Shown here: positions 1 through 9,000 of the stretch, one piece after another | How the letters are laid out: each line of letters starts with the position of its first letter | Position numbering within the stretch: position 1 is the first letter of the stretch | DNA from: Gemmatimonadales bacterium | GTDB lineage: Bacteria; Gemmatimonadota; Gemmatimonadetes; Gemmatimonadales; GWC2-71-9 | NCBI GenBank assembly: GCA_037189525.1 | Contig: JBBCJC010000005.1 | Location: forward strand, 608,001 to 672,000 | Length of the DNA: 64,000 bases | Direction of reading: 5' to 3' | Made by a program: the position numbers and the translations under genes | Notes under the pieces: generated by a model | The model's database searches: none | What the model was told of the DNA's origin: nothing | What the model saw: the letters and a program-made list of their open reading frames with translations, nothing else

Positions 1-1136
1 GAGACGCGGGTGACACCCGACGTCGCGACATCATAGACATAGATCTGCGGCCGATCGGCGTGCGGCGCGCGACGGCTGTTGAAGACCAGACGGGCTCCGT
101 CCGGGCTCCAGGTCGGAGCGCGATCCGGCCCGTCGTTCTCGGTGATCCGGCGCGACCCCGCGCCGTTGGCGCCCATCAGGCACAGCTCGTCGTTGTCGCC
201 ATCATTGTACTCACAGACGTAGGCTACCGTACCGGTGAGCTTGGAGATATCGAGCACGGTCGGATCGGTTACCTCAACCTCCAGCGGAGGCGCATCGAAG
301 TCCGAGTGATCGCCATGCAGGATGGAGAAAATGAGCTGGACCTGACCAACACTGGACGCGACGACTTCCAGGTGATCGCCGTGGACATCGATATCGATCA
401 CGCCTGCCGTCGAACCAGGTGCGAGGGCCGCGCCCAGCGTGAACTCACCCGGGAAGAACTGCAGCGTGTCGCCGTCCGCATCCAGGAAGGTGAGGTCGAG
501 CTCGACTTCCTCACCGAGCGGCAGCGCCAGTCGCCCATGCCAGTGCATGCCGGCGCCCGTGCCGTGCGTGTGGGCGACGTGTCCGCTCCCATCGCGGCGA
601 TCGAGACGAATCACGGCGATGTCGTCGGGATCTGCATGGTCGTCATGATCGTCGTGGTCGACCACCTCGACGGTCAGCGCCGGCGACTCCCACAGTGTGA
701 CGTTGCCTCGGCGCAGGACCAGGACCACGCCCACCGTTCCGACGCCGACGGCCGAGACGTCGACATGGTCGCCGTGCGGGGCCAAGGTCGCGACGCCCGA
801 CGGCGCGCCGGACGCCAGGTTCGCATGGATGGTGTATTCGCTGCCGAGCGGCACGGCCTCGCCGTCGCGGGTGATGAGCCGAACGGTGTAGGCCTTCTGA
901 TCACCCGGGTGGAGATGGATCCGGCCATGCCAGGTCATCCCGGCGCCGGAACCGTGGGTATGGACCACCTCGGTTCCCGAGGCCCGTTCGAGGACGACCG
1001 CGCTGGTGACCTCGAGCTCCTGATCCGGCCCCGTGTTGTCGCTACAGGCCGAGAGAATGAGCGGAACCGCGACGAGGCGCGCGAGCCTCCAGGCGTTCTG
1101 AACGAGTCCAATCCGATCTCGAGAATCTGTCGTCAT
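1..1136 (-). CDS. His-rich lipoprotein with two tandem ~120-aa domains followed by PD40/TolB-like repeats (runs off the left edge)
   Basis: Manual translation of the minus strand from ATG 1136 is open to position 1: MTTDSRDRIG...PLILSA|C (lipobox); HTHGSGAGMTWHGRI and HTHGTGAGMHWHGRL; DHDDHDDH; LHGDHSDFDAPPLEVEV; then DRAPTWSPDGARLVFNSRR...QIYVYD (PD40). Not in the ORF track because it has no stop inside the window. Confidence 0.85.
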   Translation of the reverse strand, partial: MTTDSRDRIGLVQNAWRLARLVAVPLILSACSDNTGPDQELEVTSAVVLERASGTEVVHTHGSGAGMTWHGRIHLHPGDQKAYTVRLITRDGEAVPLGSEYTIHANLASGAPSGVATLAPHGDHVDVSAVGVGTVGVVLVLRRGNVTLWESPALTVEVVDHDDHDDHADPDDIAVIRLDRRDGSGHVAHTHGTGAGMHWHGRLALPLGEEVELDLTFLDADGDTLQFFPGEFTLGAALAPGSTAGVIDIDVHGDHLEVVASSVGQVQLIFSILHGDHSDFDAPPLEVEVTDPTVLDISKLTGTVAYVCEYNDGDNDELCLMGANGAGSRRITENDGPDRAPTWSPDGARLVFNSRRAPHADRPQIYVYDVATSGVTRV

Positions 1137-1237
1137 GCTGGTCGTTCCGTATAGGGGGAATTGGTGAGCAGGGTGGCGAGGAACCCCTCGCCATCGGCAA
1201 CGACTGTCGTTGTCGCGCCGAAGGACATCACCTTCGA

Positions 1238-1279
1238 TATGGATATGTCGTTATCAATTGTATAGATATCTCATTATCA
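1238..1279 (-). promoter_or_regulatory. Tandem 19-bp imperfect direct repeat resembling Fur-family boxes
   Basis: Minus strand TGATAATGAGATATCTATA (1279-1261) and TGATAACGACATATCCATA (1256-1238), 16/19 identical, 23-bp period, in an AT-rich patch ~100 bp upstream of the His-rich lipoprotein. Confidence 0.55.
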
Positions 1280-1369
1280 CCTTGAGCGCAACCCGTCGAT
1301 AGTGATCGAGAAGCACACGCCTGCCCCCTTCCCTATACACGGGGGTTGCGAAGCCGTGTGCCCGGCAGT

Positions 1370-1395
1370 AACGTACAACCATATGGTTGTACGTT
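1370..1395. promoter_or_regulatory. Perfect 26-bp palindromic operator overlapping the ArsR start codon
   Basis: AACGTACAACCAT-ATGGTTGTACGTT is its own reverse complement; the ATG at 1383 lies at its centre. Confidence 0.85.
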
Positions 1396-1727
1396 CTCCC
1401 TGCTCCGAGGCCGAGCTCGATCGCGTCTTCCGCGCGCTCGCCGATACGACCCGACGCGATATCGTGGCGCGGGTCATGGTCGGCGAGCAGTCGGTCTCCA
1501 CTCTGGCGGCCCGCTACGCGATGTCGTTCGCGGCAGTCCAGAAGCATGTCGCCGTCCTCGAAGGGGCCGGCCTCGTACGCAAGTATGCCCGCGGCCGAGA
1601 ACGCCTGGTCCGCGGCAACCCCGAGCGGCTCGCCCGCGCGCGCGAGTTGCTGGCCCGGCTCGAGGATCTCTGGAAAGCGCGCTTCAGCCAGCTCGACTCC
1701 GTGCTCGCCCTGCCCACCAAGGAATGA
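1383..1727 (+). CDS. ArsR/SmtB-family winged-helix regulator
   Basis: LDRVFRALADTTRRDIV...SVSTLA...MSFAAVQKHVAVLEGAGLV...GRERLV; start moved to ATG 1383. Confidence 0.92.
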   Translation: MVVRSPCSEAELDRVFRALADTTRRDIVARVMVGEQSVSTLAARYAMSFAAVQKHVAVLEGAGLVRKYARGRERLVRGNPERLARARELLARLEDLWKARFSQLDSVLALPTKE

Positions 1728-1730
1728 GTC

Positions 1731-2699
1731 ATGCCCATTACATCCGTCACTTCCGATCCGAAGGCCCTGACCCTGACCGTCGTGGGCGACTATCCCGTTT
1801 CACTCGACCGTCTCTGGGACGCCTGGGCCGATCCTCGGCAGCTCGAGAAGTTCTGGGGTCCGGAAACCTGGCCGGCCCGCTTCACCCGTCATGACATGGC
1901 GGTGGGCGGCCGCTCCGAGTACTACATGACCGGACCGGACGGTACCCGGGCAGCCGGCTGGTGGCGCTTTCTCGCGGTCGAGCCGAAGCGCCGGATCGAA
2001 GTCGAGGACGGGTTCGCCGATGAGGCCGGCCGTCCCAACGCGACCATGCCGACCATGCGGATCGAGTTCCGTTTCGAAGCTACCGGCACCGGCTCGCGCT
2101 TCACGAGCGTCACCCGTTTCACGAGCATCGAGTCGATGGAGGAACTGGTGAAGATGGGAATGCTCGAAGGGATGCAGTCGGCGCTGGGACAGATGGATGG
2201 CGTGCTGGCCGATCTCGCTTCCTTCGCATCCAGCCGGGCGACCGAGGCCGAGATCCTGTCCGATACGACGGTGCGCATCACCCGCATCATTCGCGGTACG
2301 GTGGAGCAAGTCTGGCGTGCGCACCAGGAGCCCGAGCTGCTGCAGCGCTGGTTGCTGGGCCCCGACGGCTGGACCATGCCGGTCTGCCAGGTCGCACGGA
2401 AGGTGGGCGACACCTATCGCTACGAATGGGAAGCGGCCGACGGATCGCAGCGCTTCGGTTTCGAAGGCGAGCTGCTCGAACTGGAACCGCCCTATCGGTC
2501 CGTGACCACCGAACAGATGATCGGCACCGACGGGCCGAGCACGCGGAACGAACTCACGCTCACGCCGATGACGTCGGGTACCCTGCTTTCGATCGTGGTT
2601 ACCTATCCTAACGCCGAAGTGCGGGACGCAATTCTGGGCACCGGGATGACGGGTGGGATGGAGACGAGCTACGCCCGGCTCGAGACCGCCGTGCTCTAG
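1731..2699 (+). CDS. Tandem SRPBCC (AHSA1/START-like) domain protein
   Basis: Two repeats, LWDAWADPRQLEKFWGP and VWRAHQEPELLQRWLLGP, ending GMETSYARLE; 3 bp downstream of ArsR. Confidence 0.9.
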   Translation: MPITSVTSDPKALTLTVVGDYPVSLDRLWDAWADPRQLEKFWGPETWPARFTRHDMAVGGRSEYYMTGPDGTRAAGWWRFLAVEPKRRIEVEDGFADEAGRPNATMPTMRIEFRFEATGTGSRFTSVTRFTSIESMEELVKMGMLEGMQSALGQMDGVLADLASFASSRATEAEILSDTTVRITRIIRGTVEQVWRAHQEPELLQRWLLGPDGWTMPVCQVARKVGDTYRYEWEAADGSQRFGFEGELLELEPPYRSVTTEQMIGTDGPSTRNELTLTPMTSGTLLSIVVTYPNAEVRDAILGTGMTGGMETSYARLETAVL

Positions 2700-2711
2700 G
2701 TCGCTGGAACC

Positions 2712-2739
2712 CCCGCACGGTCGTCCCCGGCCGTGCGGG
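2712..2739 (+). terminator. GC-rich hairpin after the SRPBCC gene
   Basis: CCCGCACGG...CCGTGCGGG inverted repeat; no clear U-tract. Confidence 0.4.
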
Positions 2740-3084
2740 TATCCCCAATCTCGATTGGCCTTAATTTGCTCCACCAGCCTACCCGAAAATCAGTCAAACG
2801 CCATTTATGGCGGATTCTTTATCTGCAATTAACACCATTTTCATCCCCTCCGGTCTAAAATCGGTGTGCGTCTGACGCAACACTTTGTCTGACGCGTGCG
2901 ACAATCGGTCAGTGCCAACGGCAGAAAACCGCCCAGAATTGCGTCACTGTACGGTTTTTATTCGGCGGATTTCCGCCAAACCGGCAGTCCAACGATGGGC
3001 GCCCGCGGGCCTGCCACTTGCCTAGGCAGCGGACTCGTACGTGTGCCAGGTACCAACAAAACTCGACATCGGATCCCATTGATC

Positions 3085-6000
3085 GTGGCCATCACAGACC
3101 ATCGTCATATCGCTTTGCGTTCGCCCGCCAGCTCCGGGACAGGTGCGCAGCTGTTGCGCCGCTGGGCACAACGCGGCCTCCTCCTGGCCGGCCTCTTCGC
3201 CGGCACCGCATTCGTCGCACCTGCCGCTGCGCAGAACGTCGACCTGGTGCTCAACATCAGCGATGCGCCGGACCCGGCCATTGCCGGCGCGGTGGTGACT
3301 TACGCCGTTCGGGTGACCAACGATGCGGTCGCAACGACTGCGACCGGCGTGTCCGTCGCGGTGACCGTTCCGGCCGGATTCCTCTACGAAGGGATCAATG
3401 CACCGGGCGGGGTGGCGTGCAGCGGTATGGCGACGGGCGGCGCGGGACCTGGCGCGCTGACCTGTACGGTGCCCAACCTGGCGGCAAACGGCGAGATCGA
3501 CTTCGACCTGTTGCTGCGCACGACCCAGATGGGAACCCCCTCGGTCACGTTCGTGGTGTCCGGCGATCAGAACGATCCGGACGGCGGGAACAACACGGTC
3601 ATCGAACAGACGACGGTGACGGCCGGGTCCGACATGTACGTCACGATTGCCGGCCCCGCAACGATCGCCGCCGGCTCCCAGGCCAGCTACAGCCTGACGG
3701 TCGGCAATCTCGGCCCCAATACGACCGCAGGCGCCATCTCGGTCCAGTACCCCGTGCCGACCGGCTTCACCCTCACCGGCGGGCTACCCGGCGGATGCTC
3801 GCTGTCGGCCGGGACCATTACCTGCGCGGTCGCGGGCCCGATCGTCTCCGGCGGGAGCACCGTGGTCGGTCCGTTTACCGGGGTGATCAGCGCAGCGTCG
3901 CCGAGCACGGTGACGCACCTGGCCTCGGTGACATCTACGCAGGACCCGATCAGTGTCAACAACGCCGACGACCACAACACCGCCGTGACGGCAGGCAGTG
4001 ACCTGGCCCTGACCAAGGTCCGCAGCATCGGTGGCCCGTACCTCGTCGGGGATACCCTCGATTTCGTACTGACCCCGACCTTTACCGGCGACGTGCCGTT
4101 CGGCTTGCAGGTCGTCGACGTGGTACCCGGGAACTACACCATTCTGACCGGACAGTTCGCGGCGACGCAGGGCGCCTGGAGTTGCGGCGTCGCGGGGCAA
4201 ACCGTGACCTGTACCCGCGGGTCGGGCGGTCTCAGCGCCGGGTTCGAGGTGCCGCTTGGTCCGATCACGATTCCGGTCGTGATCGCATCGGCCGGCGTCG
4301 GCATTCAGAACACCGCGACGATTACCTCGTCATCTCCGGGTGATCCGGCTCCAGGCAACAACACGGCGACCGATGGGCCGATCAACCTAGAGACGCCGTT
4401 TGCAGACCTAACCATCCTCAAGACTGCGCCGCGCCCCGCGCTGACGGTGACGGGCGTTCCGTTCGACTTCACCATCATCGCCGGCAACCGCGGACCGAGC
4501 GGGTTCACGGGCACGCTGGTGGTGACCGACCAGGTACCGGTCGGGCTGACCGTCCAGGCCATCACGGCTCCCGGCTGGACCTGTACACCGCCCTCCCCGC
4601 TTCCGTTAGCGGGTCCGTTCGATCTGGTGTGCGAACGGGATTACCCGGCCGGCACACCGCTCCCGGCGGGAGCCGACGCGCCGGGCATCGTGGTGACGAC
4701 CTTCGCAACCCAGACCGGTGCGCTGCTGAATACCGGTGTGGTGAGCAGCCGCAACGCCGGGGTGCCCGACAACGATCTGACCAACAACACGCATTCGGTG
4801 CCAGTGACCGCCAGCCCTGGCCTGGACGCCGCCGACATCCGGATCCTCAAGAGCGTGATCGGACCGACGCCGGTTCCGGCCGGCGAGCAGCTCAGCTACC
4901 GGCTCGAGGTCGTCAACACCGGCCCGGCGACGGCCACCACCGTCTACCTGTATGACGTCTTCGATGCGCTGATCGACAATCAAGTCGGCGCCAGCCGCGG
5001 TTACGTGGGTGAGACGATCACGCCCGGCATCGTGGCGCCCGGTACCATCGCCTGCAGTACCGCGGTCGAGGGCGCCCTCAGCCGGGCGCTGACCTGCGAG
5101 ATCCCGACCCTGCCGGTTTGTACGGCAGGCGTGGACTGCCCGGTCTTCGAGGTCATGGTTCGTCCCTCGATTGCCACGACCGGAAGCCGGACCAACACGG
5201 CTGCCGGCGCCTCCTTCACCACCGCCGATCCGGATGTGAGCAACAACACGGCAACGGCAACGAGCCAGGTGGATGCGCGCGCCGACATCACCATCACCAA
5301 GGTCGGCACTCCTACGCCGGTGCCCGCCGGCCAGGGACTCGAATACGTCCTGACCGCGGTCAACAACGGTCCGAGTTCGGCCGAGAACGTCATCGTCGTC
5401 GATTCCCTGCCGCTGGGCGTCCGCTTCATCTCGGCGACGGCGTCGACCGGCAGCTGCGCAACGACTCCGGGCGTCGGGACGACGACGAGCGCCGGCAATC
5501 GAGTGATTTCCTGCTCGCTCGGCACGCTCGCGTGGGACACCCAGGAAACGATCACGATCCGGGTCCGGCCCACCTACCCGACCTACAACTCGACGATCGG
5601 CAACGTCGCGACGGTTACCACGACCACGACGGAGCCGGCGGCGCCAGGCGCCACCAACAACAGGGCCACGTTCGACGCGGCCGTGGGCGCGCCGCAGGTC
5701 GACCTGCTGGTGAACAAAGTCGACCTGCTCGACCCGCTGACGGTCGGCGACTCGACCGCCTATCGCATCATCGTCACCAATAACGGTCCCTCGGACGCCG
5801 AGAACGTCGTCATTACCGATCAGATGCCGGCGGGAGGACTGAGCTATCAGCGGCATCTGATCACGTCGGGTGGCAGCTGCGGCACCCTGCCGGCGGTAGG
5901 CGCGGTCGGCGGCCAGGCCGTATGCCAGATTCCCCGCCTCGAAGCCGGACGGAGCGATACCCTCCATGTCGTGATGCTCGGCGTGACGAGCGGAATCTGG

Positions 6001-9000
6001 AACAACCAGGTCACCGTGGCGTCCGACGAAACGACCGGCGGTTTCGAAACCGCGCCGGCCAACAATGCAACCGACGAGAATACGACCGTCCGGAGCCGAG
6101 TCGACCTGCAGTTGGTGAGCAAGACGGCCTCGAGCGATTCGGTCGGGGTCCGGGTGCCGTTTACCTGGGACCTGGTGGTGCGGAACAATGTCGGCGCCGG
6201 ATTGGCCGAAGCCGATTCGGTCCAGGTATCCGACGTTCTGCCGGCCAACATGGAGTTGACCGGAGCCCCGTCGGTGGTGAGTGTCACCGGCGGCAGCATC
6301 ACCAACGGCGCCTGTTCCGGCGTAGCCGGTGAGACCAGCTTCGTCTGCCAGCTGGGCACGGTCGACAACGGCGCCGTGGTGACGATCCGGGTTCCGGTTC
6401 GTGCCCTGGCGGTTCCGGCGGCGCCCGGCATCATGACCAACAGCGCCACGATCAGTACGACCCTGTCGCTCGACATCGTGCCCGGCAACAACGGCGGGTC
6501 GGGCGACGTCACGATCGTCGGCAGCGCCGTCTCGGGCAGCGTCTTCCGCGACTTCGACGCCGACGGCGTCATCGACGGGACGGACACCGGGATCGATGCC
6601 ATCACCATGACCCTGACCGGCACCGCCTTCGACGCCACGCCGATCTCGGTCACCACGACCACCGACGCCACCGGGGCCTACGCCTTCAGCGGGCTTCCCG
6701 CCGGGACGTATACGATTACCCGAGGGACCGTCTCCGAAGCGCACCTCTCGGCAGGTACGCAGATCGTCGGCACTCGCGGCGGCAATGCCGCGACCCTGGG
6801 ATCGATCTCCGCCATTGCCCTCGGCGACGGGGTTACCGGGACCGGCTACCTGTTCCCCTTCGTTCCCGCGGCGCGAATCGGTGTGGCCAAGCAGCTGATG
6901 GCGGCGCCCACCGCCGGCGCCGACGGCAGCTTCACCGCGACATTCCAGGTCCGGGTCCAGAACTACGGGCTGGAAAACCTGACCGGCGTCACGGTGCGCG
7001 ATCCGCTGGCTGGCGCGGCCCCCAACTTCGGTAGCTTCGTGACAGGCGGGGCGGCCGCGGTATTGACCGCGGGCCAATACACTGTCGAGTCGGCCCCGAC
7101 CCTGGTCGGCGCCTGCGTCGGCGGCACGCCGAACGCCGGATTCACCGGCGACGCGGCTCCAGCGCTGCTGACGCTTGCCTCGCTTGCCGCGAACGGCGGA
7201 GCTTGTACGGTCAGCTTTGCCGTACGGTTCCTGCCAAGCTCGCCCTTCCCGGCCGGCGGGTACGCCAACCAGGCCAACGCCGACGGCACGGGTGAACTCT
7301 CCGGGCAGACCCCGAGCGATCAGTCGCACGACGGGGTCGATCCTGATCCGGACGGCAACGGCGTACCAACCGATAACAATGATCCGACCCCGGTGCCGGT
7401 CTCGCCGGTTGCCGACGTCACCACCGATGTCACCCTCCCGGCCTCGGCCAACGCGGCCGATACGGTGCTCGCAACCGTGCTCTTCCGGAATGCGGGTCCC
7501 TTCCCGGCCGACGGGGCGACCTACACTCTGACGATGACGACGGGTCTCACCGGCGTCAGCTTTGCGAACCTGCCGGCCGGCGCCACCGCGAGCTACGACG
7601 CGACGACCGGAACGGTCACCTTGACCGGAATGCCGACGACCATTCCCGCCGGCACGATCGTATCGGGGAACGGTACCGATCCCATCTCGATCACCTACGT
7701 CCAGCCGGGAAGCGGTACGAGTACCGTCTCGAGCGGCATCGGCACGACCACGAGCCAGGGCGCCAACGTCCTGCCTGACACCGACACCGCCACGGTGTCC
7801 GGTGGTCTGGTGGCCGACGTGACGACGACGGTGGACTTCCCCGCAACGGTCAATGCCGGAGGAACGGTGACCGGCACGGTCGTCTTCACCAACGTGGGGC
7901 CGTCGACCGCGTCCAACGTGACCTATACGCTCCAGCTCGAGCCGGGCCTGACCGGTGTCGTCATAGGGAACCTCCCGGGCGGCGCCAGCGCGAGCTACGA
8001 CCCGGGCACCGGTGTGGTCACGCTCACCGGCATGCCTGCGTCGTTGACGCCGGGACAGATCGCCTCGGGCAATGGCACGACCGGTATTACGGTCAGCTAC
8101 GTCCAGCCGGCCACCGGCACCAGTACGGTGGCGAGCGAGATTACCACGACGACTCCGGAACCCGCTGGCCACGCACCGAATCAGGACAGCGCAACGATCA
8201 GCGGCGTTCCGATTGCCGATGTGACGACCGCGATCAGCTTCCCGCCGGGCGGGAATGTGGTCAACGCCGGCGATACGGTGACGGCCATCGTGAGCTTCTC
8301 AAACAACGGACCGTCCGATGCCGCCGGTGTGACCTACCGGATTGCGCTGGAGCCGGGCCTCGATCCGGCGCAGGTGAGCTTCGACAACCTGCCGGCCGGT
8401 GTGACCGCCAGCTACGGTGCCGGAACCGGCGACGTGACCTTTACCGGGATGCCGGCCACGCTGACACCGGGGCAAATTGCCTCGGGCAACGGCACCAGCG
8501 GCATCGTGGTGCGTTACATCCAGACCGTCACGGCCGACAGCTGGGTCCGGAGCTACATCACGACCACGACCGACCAGGGTGCCAACCTGGCGCCGGACAT
8601 GGCCCAGGCGCCGACCAACGGCCTGGCCATCGCGGACGTGACGACGTCGCTCAGCTTCCCGCCGAACGCGAACGCGGGCGAGACGGTCTCCGGTACGGTC
8701 CGCTTCACCAACCTCGGTCCGTCACCTGCGCAGAACGTCCTGTACGGCCTGCAGCTTTCGACCGGCTTGACCGGCGTCAGCTTCGGCAATCTGCCGGCGG
8801 GCGCCAGCGCCAGCTACGACCCCACGACGGGAACCGTCACCTTCACCGGCATGCCTGGTACGCTGAACCCGGGCCAGATCGCGTCCGGCGACGGCACCAC
8901 GTTCATCACCGTGGAGTATGTCCAGCCGGCCAGCGCCACCAGCGCGATCACCAGCACGATCGCGACCTCCACCGACGAAGGCGCCAACATCGGGCCGAAC

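Noticed and set aside
60..1154. Listed 364-aa plus-strand ORF
   Set aside because: Antisense shadow of the minus-strand lipoprotein, which has a lipobox and PD40 motifs.
2846..2880. CTCCGGTCTAAA and GACGCAA, reminiscent of a c-di-GMP-I riboswitch upstream of an adhesin
   Set aside because: The elements are in the wrong order, and the GGCAAA / GNRA-tetraloop P2 stem is missing.
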